Of a stretch of 64,000 nucleotides of DNA, positions 11,671-26,000 are shown piece after piece. A model generated the notes under the pieces. That model was not told the origin of the DNA, did not search any database, and saw only the letters and a program-made list of their open reading frames with translations. Positions within the stretch are counted from its first letter, which is position 1; every line of letters starts with the position of its first letter. Location: the NCBI GenBank assembly GCA_964019425.1, contig OZ025781.1, positions 682,001-746,000 of the forward strand, in the 5' to 3' direction. The position numbers were made by a program, and so were the translations under genes. This DNA is from Flectonema sp. DT1601. Taxonomy: Eukaryota.

Positions 11671-13074
11671 GAAAAGTTTTTTGAATCGACTTGTGATGAT
11701 TACATTAAAAGTAGACAGGATGTATTTCTGGATAGAAGCTATTTATCTGAAAATAAAAATTGTCAGATCTAGCGATGTATGTATACATAATAGATATGTA
11801 TAAAACTGGCCTGCCTTCTGGCATTCCTTCTATTTGGAAACAATATTTTTATTTTATTATTTTTTTTTCCGTTTTTCGTTAATACTCCAATAAATACATA
11901 TCCTATATGTGTGTTAAATGAAAATTGTCGTTTTTCGTCTTAACTTTTTTTTTTTTAGTAATAATAATTTTTTTTTTTTTTTTGTTGTTGTTTTTATAAT
12001 GGAAAAAAAAAAAAAAAGTCGTACGATTATTTGGCACTTTTTTTTATTTTTTGTTGTTGTTATTGTTGAGTTGAATTCTTGTTACCCTTCTCTTCCCCCT
12101 ATACACTCACTTACACATCTTTTAATACATTTGTTTTTTTTTTTTTATATTAGGATTTCCCCTTTTTTGTTTCTGTTAAAATATAACTTCTGCTTGCAAT
12201 ATTTTCGTTTTTCCTTCATCCTTTTTTTTTTTTTTCTTTTTTCTAGATCGAGAAGCAAAAACCAACAGCAACAAAAGGATACTTTGTCGCTGTCTTTGTT
12301 TGCCTCTATTACTTACCTTAATGGAGTCAGCACATTCTCATTACCATTTTAGATCACAGCTGCCTTAGTTGTTCCCGTCGGGCTTTATCACTAATTGGAA
12401 TGAGATTCTGAGAACTGGTAAATTGATATGTTGTTGTTCTTTTTTTTTTTTATAGTGCCCTGTGTTGGCTTTGTAATGGAATCGAGTACAAGGTTTCTCT
12501 GAAGTTACCCGATCTTGAGAGCCATCTCTTCAATAGACTTTCAGCATTATCTAAGGTTGTCATGAGATACGGACAACTGATTCCTTTTTTTTTTTTTTTT
12601 TTTTTTTTAGGTTACGTTTTCTTCCCTTCTCTCTTCCTCTCTCTATTTTTCCCTCTCCTTACGCCAAGGAAAAGAAAATTATTTTAAAAAAAAAAAAAAG
12701 GAATGTGAAGAACGCACCTTTTTAACTCTATTCATACATTTTTATACCCGTCCACAGAATCAGGATAATGCTAATAATCTATTTGGATTGGGTTGGTTGG
12801 TTGGTTAGTTTTATTTTTTTTTGGTTCATATTTGATATTTTTATACGAGGGTTTACACAGTCTGGAATGCTTTCCTTGCTAGTCAACTGTTTCGTCACAT
12901 AAATATGGTTCTATTACGCTGATTATTATTTTTACGAATATTTCTTTCATTTTTTTTTTTTTTTTTAAAAAATCTTTTTAATAAAAAAGAAAAAGAAAAA
13001 AAAAAAAAAAAAAAAAAGGCAAAAATAAATAAATAAAACCGCAATAATAATAATGTGTTCTGTTTTTTTATTTA

Positions 13075-13105
<31 letters not shown>

Positions 13106-13865
13106 TTTTTTTTTTCGATGGAAAAAAAACAATTTATCTTTTTTTTTATTATTATTAAATTCTTTAGACTTTTTCTATATCAACATATGAATTTCTTTGA
13201 TTGATGTTTTATAAAGTTGCAGCTTTGAGAATTCAAAAGCAGTAGTTGGAAAACGATTTCTTTTTTTTTTTTGTTTTTTTTTTAAAAAAAAAAAAAAAGC
13301 TACTGAGAACTATTCACAGTAGTTTTGTCAACAGAACCGTTGAAATTGAAGTAGGGTTCATTCTCTCTCCTTGTTCACCATAAATTTAACGTCAGGTATC
13401 ATATCTTAAAAAAAAAGGAATCTTTTTTTTCTTTTTTCTTTTTTTCTCAACCCTACTCGCTTCTTCTCATTTATACTTCTTTTTTTTTTTTTCTAATATT
13501 TCCCGCCCCCTCCCTTCTACCCTTTTCAATGGAATACCCTCATTCTGGATTATTGATAGTATGAGAACATGTAAAGTCATAATTAGGAATAACAGTTTAG
13601 TTTATTACAACAGGTGTTCATATTGTTATCGATTGGCATCGGTCGTTTTGGTGATAGTTTTAAAAAAAAAAAAAAAAATACTATTTTGGGATTATCTGTT
13701 GAACACACACGGAATCAATCACACGAGAGGAGGGGATTAGATAAGTCGTCACTGTTGACTATAAAAATTAAAAATAACATCTTTCAATTATTAATAATTT
13801 CTGATACCGACTACGTCGGTATTTTTAAAAAAAAAAAAAAAAAAAAAAACATTCTTGTAGACAAG

Positions 13866-15311
13866 ATGCCGTCAGAAAATGGGACATCTGGTGGAAAGAA
13901 AGGAGCAGGCGGCAAGAATGGAAAAAAAGGTAAAAAAGGAAAGAAAGGTGATGATGAAGACAGCAAGGGAAACGGAGGAGGTGATCCTAATCGCAAAGAA
14001 CAAGTTCCCTGTTCAGCATACGCATATTCACTTGTAGCAGGAACTGCTCCAAAGTGTTTAGAAATGACAAGATGGAATGGAGGTCGTAACTGTGCTGTTG
14101 GACTAATTCATCATCAATTTGAGTTTGAGCTGAGAGAATGGCATTCAAAATATCAACAGCAACACCGACATGAGATAACTGATTCAGTTCTTACAAAGAA
14201 TACCATCAAAACAATTGTTTTAGGAGATGAAAAATATGAATGGGTCATTGCTAATACCACCATCCATGAAGGAACATCCCTTCAACTAGTACCATGCAGT
14301 ATGAGAGCTGATATTGAGCCTCGTGTTCTACGTGATTTTGGATATCTTGGTGCGGCATCTCATGTGTCAACAGCTGAGGGTTTAAATGAGATTAAAGAAA
14401 CATTTGGTCAATTTGAAAGATTTATACTAATGGGATACAGTTCCCTCACCAACACTATTAGAAAGCAACACTCAGCTCTTTATAGTGATCACGTTGATTA
14501 TTTTAGTCCAAAATTTGAGGAACACATTACCACTAGACATAACACGGGACGTTCGAAGTTTTCATACGAAGATCTACAAAAGAACTCTGAACAGTTAGAA
14601 CATGAGAAAGACATGTTTATGTTAATTAATTTCAAAGTAAACAGAGCAATATATTTATTACAAAAATTATCACCTCTCTTAGCAAGCGGAGGTGTTGGTA
14701 TTTTGATTGATGAATATTACGTGTCGATGGAAATTTTTTCATTATTAAAAAAAGAATGCGTGGGAGTTAGTTGTCAAAAATTAGATTTTGACTACCTACA
14801 CTATCCCGTGTACTATCCAGGGGCAAGTATTGGAAATAGAAAATTAACAACAATAGTGTGCAAGAGCAATCCGAGTCATCCAAATGCGCTTCAGGACTCG
14901 CTGCTTTCACTGAAATGTGATGAACATTTTTTTTCTGAAAATTTTTATATTCCAAATCCGAAGCATCCAAAGCCTCATATTCTTGATTTTTCGACATCTC
15001 CAAGGGGTACTTTTGCAACTGGTGGAATCTGTACTGATCCTAGAAGGTCAGAAACAGATCCTTTATTTGACACTACTTCCATTAATCAAGAAACCCTCGC
15101 TCTTAAACGTCGTCTGGATCAGAAGCGTGCCAAGGCGATGGGCGTCAGCTATGTTCCTCCTCCAGAGGCACCTCCAAAAAAGAGAATCAAACCACCAGTG
15201 GCTAAGCTAACTAAGTATATTGATGTTGATGACGATAGCGTTACGAGTGACACAAAACCAGAACCGAATACTAACGGGAATGTTAAAGCTGAGCCGTATT
15301 CTGTTAAGTAA
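13866..15311 (+). CDS. Hypothetical protein with Gly/Lys-rich N-terminus
   Basis: Long ORF with coding-like composition from MPSENG; the upstream ORF part is poly-T/A noise; LSPLLASGGVGIL is weakly methyltransferase-like but not enough for a call. Confidence 0.7.
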   Translation: MPSENGTSGGKKGAGGKNGKKGKKGKKGDDEDSKGNGGGDPNRKEQVPCSAYAYSLVAGTAPKCLEMTRWNGGRNCAVGLIHHQFEFELREWHSKYQQQHRHEITDSVLTKNTIKTIVLGDEKYEWVIANTTIHEGTSLQLVPCSMRADIEPRVLRDFGYLGAASHVSTAEGLNEIKETFGQFERFILMGYSSLTNTIRKQHSALYSDHVDYFSPKFEEHITTRHNTGRSKFSYEDLQKNSEQLEHEKDMFMLINFKVNRAIYLLQKLSPLLASGGVGILIDEYYVSMEIFSLLKKECVGVSCQKLDFDYLHYPVYYPGASIGNRKLTTIVCKSNPSHPNALQDSLLSLKCDEHFFSENFYIPNPKHPKPHILDFSTSPRGTFATGGICTDPRRSETDPLFDTTSINQETLALKRRLDQKRAKAMGVSYVPPPEAPPKKRIKPPVAKLTKYIDVDDDSVTSDTKPEPNTNGNVKAEPYSVK

Positions 15312-15710
15312 AGTTACCCGTGTTTAATTGTCAACACGTGGATTAATAATTGTTTTTTAGGATCCCCTTTTTTTTTCGGTCAAAAAAAAAAAAAAAAAAA
15401 ACTTTTTTCAATAAGTTAAAAAAAACATGTTATTGTGTGCAGCTCACACTATATTCCTACTGCAGCATTGCCTTGAGATTGCCTTGTAAAGGTGGAGAAA
15501 GTATGATGTAGTAATCCGTAAACACGCATCAATATTTGATGCTCTAAGCTCCTGTTATGGGCGTCTTCAGCGTGTAGATTACTTTTATTTTTGATAAATT
15601 TACAAATCGAAAGCTAATTTGCCAGCAGTTCCAATAAAACAGTTGTGTTGCCTCTTTTTATCAACATGTCTCTCTCTCTCTTAGGAATTGGATGGTAAGT
15701 AAAACATTAA

Positions 15711-16949
15711 ATGGACGTGAATGACGTTTTCACGAAAACCAGAAATGTTATTCGAGAGCGAAGACCATTTGCTAGACGTCGTTCAACACGAAAACATGAA
15801 CAGAAGAATGTAACGGGCACTGTCAGGTCTGTTAGTACTTGTGATGCTTTTGATTTAGTACAAATAGCAGCTTTTTATAAACAACAACAAGGAGTGGCTG
15901 TAATTGAGTTAATGGACGTAGTGGGTGTGACAATGATTGGAGAAGGTGGATTCGACCCAACTGGTATGGAAGTTACAACAGAACTCCCAACAGAAACAAC
16001 AGCAATACGAATTGGGTTATTCGATGACATCAATCATTCTGATGACGGAACTGAATTCTACTCAACTTGGTGTTGTGGATCATCAGCACCTTTAGAAACA
16101 CCTGTCTCTCCTCCTTTACAACGAGCAACTACTCGATCTGTTCGTCTTGAATCTGATTCACTTTGTAATGTTTATGGTAAATCACCAACATTTAGAGAAA
16201 ATAATGAAAATACATATCACGTGTTGTTCTTTACTTATGGTGTTGTTGTTTGGTGGTCACGCAACCCCCCAACTCAAGATTGGGTAAATGGAGGTCGTAA
16301 TCTACTTCGGCAATTAGACCTAATGAGACACGTCTTCGAAACGGGATCTAAAGAAACACTTGAACCTGAAACAAGTCAATGGATGGTTGAAGCTGGTGAG
16401 TCACCAACTGAAGAACGTGACTGTAAGATAGATTGTGATGTTTTTAAATTTACTTCTATTGACGATGATGCTCGTCTTGCTTGCAGTTATGGACTCGCTC
16501 AATCAACAAAACTGCGAGACTTTGAAATTAGAATTGGAGAAGTCGTAAACGAAACAAAAGATTATCCTATAATGCTTCTTGAGGGTGAGGTAGTATCTCA
16601 TAACACTCTTTGTAAAAAACGGGGAGAACTGTTTCTTCACTGTTTAGACATAAACCTTCATACTGATATCCTTGACACCCCTGACTTCTTTTGGAAACGT
16701 ACCGATTTAGAACCACTTTACCATAAAGCTAGAAAGTACATGGACATATCAGATCGTGTAGATGTTTTAAACAGACGTCTTAGCGTCGTTCAAGAAATGA
16801 TGGCAGTCTTAAATGAAGAAATACAAACTAGAACAGAAAACAGGCTCGAATGGTATATAATATGGCTTCTTTTCCTTGACTTTGTTGCGACTTTCGCTCA
16901 GGTTGCGATTGAAATAATGAAAAAGAATGGTAAGAAGAAAAAGCAATAA
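15711..16949 (+). CDS. RMD1/RMND1 family (DUF155) protein
   Basis: FFTYGVVVWW, SYGLAQSTKL, ILDTPDFFW, RVDVLNRRL, RLEWYIIWL motifs and a C-terminal TM helix. Confidence 0.9.
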   Translation: MDVNDVFTKTRNVIRERRPFARRRSTRKHEQKNVTGTVRSVSTCDAFDLVQIAAFYKQQQGVAVIELMDVVGVTMIGEGGFDPTGMEVTTELPTETTAIRIGLFDDINHSDDGTEFYSTWCCGSSAPLETPVSPPLQRATTRSVRLESDSLCNVYGKSPTFRENNENTYHVLFFTYGVVVWWSRNPPTQDWVNGGRNLLRQLDLMRHVFETGSKETLEPETSQWMVEAGESPTEERDCKIDCDVFKFTSIDDDARLACSYGLAQSTKLRDFEIRIGEVVNETKDYPIMLLEGEVVSHNTLCKKRGELFLHCLDINLHTDILDTPDFFWKRTDLEPLYHKARKYMDISDRVDVLNRRLSVVQEMMAVLNEEIQTRTENRLEWYIIWLLFLDFVATFAQVAIEIMKKNGKKKKQ

Positions 16950-17090
16950 TATTATTCTTATCTAAAATTTACAAAAAAAAAAAAAAAAAAAAAGTTCTGA
17001 CACCCAGTTTTTTATATTATTCTCATTTATTTTTTTAACCTTTTTTTTTTTTTTTTTTTTTATATTCTCAATTACAGCCATATCACATAA

Positions 17091-19107
17091 ATGGATACAG
17101 GAGTCATTTATAAGAATGGCGATAGCCCTGATTGGAGATCGACATTAGAAACGTTTTATGAACAACACAACCCAAGTAAGGTTGGAGGTGTTGGCGTCTT
17201 ATTAAAACAATTCGCTGGACAAGAACGTGACTTGTGGGATGTTCTACTGGAAAAGTATGTTCTGAAGACCCCCACTCCTGGGAGCCAGCCACCTTCTTTA
17301 GAGAATTCACACACACCGAGGAGAAGTGTAACACCACAACGAACTTGTGAGGATGCTAATCCAACAACAACAACAACAACAACAACTTTAAAAACTGTAA
17401 AAACTGGACCGACTAGCAGATTGCTTGCACCAACAGCTTCGTTTTCAATGAAGGCTGCTGGTGAAGGTCATTCAGATCTTACAATAATTCGTATCGATTG
17501 TTCAAAAGTATTAAATAAAACACTTGGTATCATATGCGATGGTTTACTCATAGAGGAAGTACTTCCACACTCTGCAGCTGATAAGTCAGGAATAGTACCC
17601 GGGATGACTTTAGTATCTTTAAATGGTAAAGGTTTCCCATCAGATAACGTATCCATTAATAGAATATTACGCAACTCTCCAACGTCATTCTCACTGACTG
17701 TCAGACTGCCTGAAGGACCATCTCAGTCTCGCAAAGTTGTGTATTCATCAAATCCGATACATGTCTTGTGTTCTAAATCTCACTCAAATCAAAGGCTTAG
17801 CAAGACTGCTTCAACTACTGGAGTTCAGAGAGATACTGCTGTCACATCTGGTAGGAGGGGTAAACGTGATACCACTGTATGTGTTAAGTTGTTTTATTTT
17901 TGTATTTACAGTACTGTTTTAATATGTTTTTTGTCACTAAAAATTATCAAAACAGTGGGCTGACCGAGACTTTTGGCCTCCTGCGAAACCAAAGTGGGTT
18001 TCTACTAAAAAGGAGCAAAAACAGAACCCCCATGAACAACAGCCGCCCAATGACAGCAGTCCGACTTCGGTTGAAGACAGAGCTACAGTTTCAGCGCTTG
18101 ACGCGATGGATGAAAATAACCTTAGTGAAGAGGCTCTTTCTCCACCTCCATCGACGTCTCCTTCTGTGGGAGGTATCGCAATCGCTGTTGATATCCAAAA
18201 TGGGAATAAATCTCCAAGTGGTTCCAGACCTGGTAGTCGGGCTAATTCACCTGTTGCGAAGTTCGGTTATTCAGCTTCCCCAAAGCCTGATCCTCCGACA
18301 TCAGTGGAAGCAGACAAATCGCTTCCTAAGCAACCATCTGCTCCTCCTTCTGCTTCTCCTGAAAGAGACAGCTCTCCTGTAATTATAAATAGAGAGTTAG
18401 CTGATGAATTCGAACATAATGAACAGCTGGCTGAGGTAGCAGAGCTCCAGCGCGATATCAGCGTCGAACTTCCCCCTCCGACTGTTCGAACGGCTGAACG
18501 AATCGCCTTGACAGATGCCCCTCCAGCTCCTCGCGTACATTCTCCTGTTCCTACCCAGCAATCTTCTTTATCTAGAGAAAGGGAAGAAATCGAAGAAACA
18601 AACGCGAAACGATCTCCTTCACCTGTTCCAATACCAACAACTGAACAGCGTCCCTCTAGGATTCCACAACAGAAAGAAAAGAAACCACGGCAGTCAAGAG
18701 TTTCTTCAGCTACTCGTCGCAAGCAGCTGCTTCCTGCTGAGATGAGAACAAGACGACAGAGTGAACCCACATCCCCTCTCTCAGAACATTCAAGTCAAGT
18801 CTCAAGATGGAATTCAGTAATGACAGCTGGTATTCGGGGTCCTCTTACTCAAGTAGAAAAGTTTGAATTAGCGCTACAGCGAAAAGGAAATCAAAAGAAG
18901 CAGGCATTTGATCACTTCCGAAAGATAAAGAACGAAGAAGAGAAGCTAACTGCTATTGAACAAAGGATTACACGAAATGATGATGAGCGTGAAAAGAGAC
19001 TTCAGGCAAAGATGAGAGAGTTTGAGGAGTTAAAGAAAAGACAGGAACATGTTCACGCGCAAAGAGTTCACTCATCACGCATCAGTAGCAGGCGACCAAC
19101 CATTTAA
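17091..19107 (+). CDS. PDZ-domain protein with Pro/Ser-rich and coiled-coil tail; exons 17091-17876 and 17956-19107 (645 aa)
   Basis: PDZ-like KTLGII..IEEVLPHSAADKSGIVPGMTLVSLNG; a GTATGT..AAAACAG intron at 17877-17955 joins the two ORF-track ORFs in frame. Confidence 0.8.
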
Positions 19108-20064
19108 GTACCCGCGGCGGCTTTCATACATGTTTTGTTCTGTATTGTTCTGTTAATCACAACCTTACCTTCGAACTGTGTTTTGACAACATTCCCTCAT
19201 TCGCATTGCGTGGTGAGGCGATAAAGAATTTATTATTTTTTTCTGATATTTTTATTTGTTCCTTTTTGTGACTTTTAAAGTTTTCGTTTTCTCTGATTTC
19301 TATCCCTTTTTGATTCTTGTTCAATTGAAAAAAAAAAAAAAAAAACAAGAATAACATAATGAATAACCGTAACGTTTACGTTGTTCTTGTGTTTTCTTTG
19401 TTTTCGAGGTGCGTTCATGGGGATTATTGTTTTTTTGTTTTGAGTTTTTGCTACGATTTGATATTTCTGTTTTTTTTATTTCATAGTTTTTGCTTTTTTT
19501 TTTTTTTCCCCCATTCTCCTGGGTGTGTTACTGACCCTCGAAAAAAAAAAAAAAAAATCAACGAAATCTTTAGGCACTCTGGTAAAACTTCTTATTTATT
19601 TGTATATTCTCTCCCATTTTAAATTTTTCTTTAGAATTAGAGCTTGACTCACAGTTTGTCAGCACCCCTGCTACTGCCATTGAGTATCTGCGAACCGTAT
19701 GGAAATAGGAATTACTTGCTAGACAAGTGTTTTGAGTAACAGCTGGTCAAGGCTTTTAATAACCTTAGCTTCAGCGAATGGTCCTAAGTAGACTTAAGTT
19801 AAGTAAGTGTGTTCTTTATCTCAACAGTACAAACAAACATGTCTCTTGCTCATTATTATTATATAGTCAACTGATGTAGAACCATATTCTTACAGCGAGG
19901 GCTATGCAGTTGGAGGCTTACCTCCGTTGCTCCTGCGACTCATTTCAATTTTTGAATGAGATGGTCCGAATGGCTGATCGTTAAACTTTCTCGATTCTGA
20001 TGACTTCAATACTTCTAATAATTGATCTTCGTGTTGTCTTCTTTATCTCATATTTATCTTTTTA

Positions 20065-23000
20065 TGATGTACTAAACATACCATGCACCACTCTGATGTT
20101 TCATGATTGATATGGTTACACACACACAAATATTTTATGCTGATTAACTCTCTCTTTCTCTCTCTCTGGTATTTTTGATTTCCTGTTCTACATGAAGTTC
20201 CCCACCCATGGGTAAATTCCATGGTGAATTGTATCCCATCAGTTCGTCATGGGAGAACCCATGGAAGATTCTGTTCCCTACTTTTGATTTTCCACAGCTG
20301 TCTCACTTCCATTATCCTCACCAACCACATGATGTACTAAACATACCATGCACCACTCTGATGTTTCATGATTGATATGGTTACACACACACAAATATTT
20401 TATGCTGATTAACTCTCTCTTTCTCTCTCTCTAGTATTTTTGATTTCCTGTTCTACATGAAGTTCCCCACCCATGGGTAAATTCCATGGTGAATTGTATC
20501 CCATCAGTTCGTCATGGGAGAACCCATGGAAGATTCTTTTCCCTGCTATTGCTTTTCCACAGCTGTCTCACTTCCATTATCCTCACCAACCACATGATGT
20601 ACTAAACATACCATGCACCACTCTGATGTTTCATGATTGATATGGTTACACACACACAAATATTTTATGCTGATTGACTCTCTCTTCCTCTCTCTCTGGT
20701 ATTTTTGATTTCCTGTTCTACAAGAAGTTCCCCACCCATGGGTAAATTCCATGGTGAATTGTATCCCATCAGTTCGTCATGGGAGAACCCATGGAAGATT
20801 CTGTTCCCTACTTTTGATTTTCCACAGCTGTCTCACTTCCATTATCCTCACCAACCACATGATGTACTAAACATACCATGCACCACTCTGATGTTTCATG
20901 ATTGATATGGTTACACACACACAAATATTTTATGCTGATTAACTCTCTCTTTCTCTCTCTCTAGTATTTTTGATTTCCTGTTCTACATGAAGTTCCCCAC
21001 CCATGGGTAAATTCCATGGTGAATTGTATCCCATCAGTTCGTCATGGGAGAACCCATGGAAGATTCTTTTCCCTGCTATTGCTTTTCCACAGCTGTCTCA
21101 CTTCCATTATCCTCACCAACCACATGATGTACTAAACATACCATGCACCACTCTGATGTTTCATGATTGATATGGTTACACACACACAAATATTTTATGC
21201 TGATTGACTCTCTCTTCCTCTCTCTCTGGTATTTTTGATTTCCTGTTCTACAAGAAGTTCCCCACCCATGGGTAAATTCCATGGTGAATTGTATCCCATC
21301 AGTTCGTCATGGGAGAACCCATGGAAGATTCTTTTCCCTGCTATTGATTTTCCACAGCTGTCTCACTTCCATTGTCCTCACCAACCACATGATGTACTAA
21401 ACATACCATGCACCACTCTGATGTTTCATGATTGATATGGTTACACACACACAAATACTTTATGCTGATTGACTCTCCCATTCTCTCTCTCTCTCTCTGG
21501 TATTTGATTTCCTGTTCTACATGAAGTTCCCCACCCATGGGTAAATTCCATGGTGAATTGTATCCCATCAGTTCGTCATGGGAGAACCCATGGAAGATTC
21601 TTTTCCCTGCTATTGATTTTCCACAGCTGTCTCACTTCCATTGTCCTCACCAACCACATGATGTACTAAACATACCATGCACCACTCTGATGTTTCATGA
21701 TTGATATGGTTACACACACACAAATATTTTATGCTGATTAACTCTCCTATTCTCTCTCTCTCTCTCTGGTATTTGATTTCCTGTTCTACATGAAGTTCCC
21801 CACCCATGGGTAAATTCCATGGTGAATTGTATCCCATCAGTTCGTCATGGGAGAACCCATGGAAGATTCTGTTCCCTACTTTTGATTTTCCACAGCTGTC
21901 TCACTTCCATTATCCTCACCAACCACATGATGTACTAAACATACCATGCACCACTCTGATGTTTCATGATTGATATGGTTACACACACACAAATATTTTA
22001 TGCTGATTGACTCTCTCTTCCTCTCTCTCTGGTATTTTTGATTTCCTGTTCTACAAGAAGTTCCCCACCCATGGGTAAATTCCATGGTGAATTGTATCCC
22101 ATCAGTTCGTCATGGGAGAACCCATGGAAGATTCTTTTCCCTGCTATTGCTTTTCCACAGCTGTCTCACTTCCATTGTCCTCACCAACCACATGATGTAC
22201 TAAACATACCATGCACCACTCTGATGTTTCATGATTGATATGGTTACACACACACAAATACTTTATGCTGATTGACTCTCCCATTCTCTCTCTCTCTCTC
22301 TGGTATTTGATTTCCTGTTCTACATGAAGTTCCCCACCCATGGGTAAATTCCATGGTGAATTGTATCCCATCAGTTCGTCATGGGAGAACCCATGGAAGA
22401 TTCTGTTCCCTACTTTTGATTTTCCACAGCTGTCTCACTTCCATTATCCTCACCAACCACATGATGTACTAAACATACCATGCACCACTCTGATGTTTCA
22501 TGATTGATATGGTTACACACACACAAATATTTTATGCTGATTGACTCTCTCTTCCTCTCTCTCTGGTATTTTTGATTTCCTGTTCTACAAGAAGTTCCCC
22601 ACCCATGGGTAAATTCCATGGTGAATTGTATCCCATCAGTTCGTCATGGGAGAACCCATGGAAGATTCTTTTCCCTGCTATTGATTTTCCACAGCTGTCT
22701 CACTTCCATTGTCCTCACCAACCACATGATGTACTAAACATACCATGCACCACTCTGATGTTTCATGATTGATATGGTTACACACACACAAATACTTTAT
22801 GCTGATTGACTCTCCCATTCTCTCTCTCTCTCTCTGGTATTTGATTTCCTGTTCTACATGAAGTTCCCCACCCATGGGTAAATTCCATGGTGAATTGTAT
22901 CCCATCAGTTCGTCATGGGAGAACCCATGGAAGATTCTTTTCCCTGCTATTGATTTTCCACAGCTGTCTCACTTCCATTGTCCTCACCAACCACATGATG

Positions 23001-26000
23001 TACTAAACATACCATGCACCACTCTGATGTTTCATGATTGATATGGTTACACACACACAAATACTTTATGCTGATTGACTCTCCCATTCTCTCTCTCTCT
23101 CTCTGGTATTTGATTTCCTGTTCTACATGAAGTTCCCCACCCATGGGTAAATTCCATGGTGAATTGTATCCCATCAGTTCGTCATGGGAGAACCCATGGA
23201 AGATTCTTTTCCCTGCTATTGATTTTCCACAGCTGTCTCACTTCCATTGTCCTCACCAACCACATGATGTACTAAACATACCATGCACCACTCTGATGTT
23301 TCATGATTGATATGGTTACACACACACAAATATTTTATGCTGATTAACTCTCCTATTCTCTCTCTCTCTCTCTGGTATTTGATTTCCTGTTCTACATGAA
23401 GTTCCCCACCCATGGGTAAATTCCATGGTGAATTGTATCCCATCAGTTCGTCATGGGAGAACCCATGGAAGATTCTGTTCCCTACTTTTGATTTTCCACA
23501 GCTGTCTCACTTCCATTATCCTCACCAACCACATGATGTACTAAACATACCATGCACCACTCTGATGTTTCATGATTGATATGGTTACACACACACAAAT
23601 ATTTTATGCTGATTGACTCTCTCTTCCTCTCTCTCTGGTATTTTTGATTTCCTGTTCTACAAGAAGTTCCCCACCCATGGGTAAATTCCATGGTGAATTG
23701 TATCCCATCAGTTCGTCATGGGAGAACCCATGGAAGATTCTTTTCCCTGCTATTGCTTTTCCACAGCTGTCTCACTTCCATTGTCCTCACCAACCACATG
23801 ATGTACTAAACATACCATGCACCACTCTGATGTTTCATGATTGATATGGTTACACACACACAAATACTTTATGCTGATTGACTCTCCCATTCTCTCTCTC
23901 TCTCTCTGGTATTTGATTTCCTGTTCTACATGAAGTTCCCCACCCATGGGTAAATTCCATGGTGAATTGTATCCCATCAGTTCGTCATGGGAGAACCCAT
24001 GGAAGATTCTGTTCCCTACTTTTGATTTTCCACAGCTGTCTCACTTCCATTATCCTCACCAACCACATGATGTACTAAACATACCATGCACCACTCTGAT
24101 GTTTCATGATTGATATGGTTACACACACACAAATATTTTATGCTGATTGACTCTCTCTTCCTCTCTCTCTGGTATTTTTGATTTCCTGTTCTACAAGAAG
24201 TTCCCCACCCATGGGTAAATTCCATGGTGAATTGTATCCCATCAGTTCGTCATGGGAGAACCCATGGAAGATTCTTTTCCCTGCTATTGATTTTCCACAG
24301 CTGTCTCACTTCCATTGTCCTCACCAACCACATGATGTACTAAACATACCATGCACCACTCTGATGTTTCATGATTGATATGGTTACACACACACAAATA
24401 CTTTATGCTGATTGACTCTCTCTTCCTCTCTCTCTGGTATTTTTGATTTCCTGTTCTACATGAAGTTCCCCACCCATGGGTAAATTCCATGGTGAATTGT
24501 ATCCCATCAGTTCGTCATGGGAGAACCCATGGAAGATTCTTTTCCCTGCTATTGCTTTTCCACAGCTGTCTCACTTCCATTGTCCTCACCAACCACATGA
24601 TGTACTAAACATACCATGCACCACTCTGATGTTTCATGATTGATATGGTTACACACACACAAATACTTTATGCTGATTGACTCTCCCATTCTCTCTCTCT
24701 CTCTCTGGTATTTGATTTCCTGTTCTACATGAAGTTCCCCACCCATGGGTAAATTCCATGGTGAATTGTATCCCATCAGTTCGTCATGGGAGAACCCATG
24801 GAAGATTCTTTTCCCTGCTATTGCTTTTCCACAGCTGTCTCACTTCCATTGTCCTCACCAACCACATGATGTACTAAACATACCATGCACCACTCTGATG
24901 TTTCATGATTGATATGGTTACACACACACAAATACTTTATGCTGATTGACTCTCCCTTTCTCTCTCTCTCTCTCTGGTATTTGATTTCCTGTTCTACATG
25001 AAGTTCCCCACCCATGGGTAAATTCCATGGTGAATTGTATCCCATCAGTTCGTCATGGGAGAACCCATGGAAGATTCTTTTCCCTGCTATTGCTTTTCCA
25101 CAGCTGTCTCACTTCCATTATCCTCACCAACTACATGATGTACTAAACATACCATGCACCACTCTGATGTTTCATGATTGATATGGTTACACACACACAA
25201 ATATTTTATGCTGATTAACTCTCTCTTTCTCTCTCTCTAGTATTTTTGATTTCCTGTTCTACATGAAGTTCCCCACCCATGGGTAAATTCCATGGTGAAT
25301 TGTGTCCCATCAGTTCGTCATGGGAGAACCCATGGAAGATTCTTTTCCCTGCTATTGCTTTTCCACAGCTGTCTCACTTCCATTATCCTCACCAACTACA
25401 TGATGTACTAAACATACCATGCACCACTCTGATGTTTCATGATTGATATGGTTACACACACACAAATACTTTATGCTGATTGACTCTCCCTTTCTCTCTC
25501 TCTCTCTCTGGTATTTGATTTCCTGTTCTACATGAAGTTCCCCACCCGTGGGTAAATTCCATGGTGAATTGTATCCCATCAGTTCGTCATGGGAGAACCC
25601 ATGGAAGATTCTTTTCCCTGCTATTGCTTTTCCACAGCTGTCTCACTTCCATTATCCTCACCAACTACATGATGTACTAAACATACCATGCACCACTCTG
25701 ATGTTTCATGATTGATATGGTTACACACACACAAATATTTTATGCTGATTAACTCTCTCTTTCTCTCTCTCTAGTATTTTTGATTTCCTGTTCTACATGA
25801 AGTTCCCCACCCATGGGTAAATTCCATGGTGAATTGTGTCCCATCAGTTCGTCATGGGAGAACCCATGGAAGATTCTTTTCCCTGCTATTGCTTTTCCAC
25901 AGCTGTCTCACTTCCATTATCCTCACCAACTACATGATGTACTAAACATACCATGCACCACTCTGATGTTTCATGATTGATATGGTTACACACACACAAA

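Noticed and set aside
13614..13865. N-terminal extension of the 565-aa ORF
   Set aside because: GTG start with poly-A-derived Lys runs; coding-like composition begins at ATG 13866
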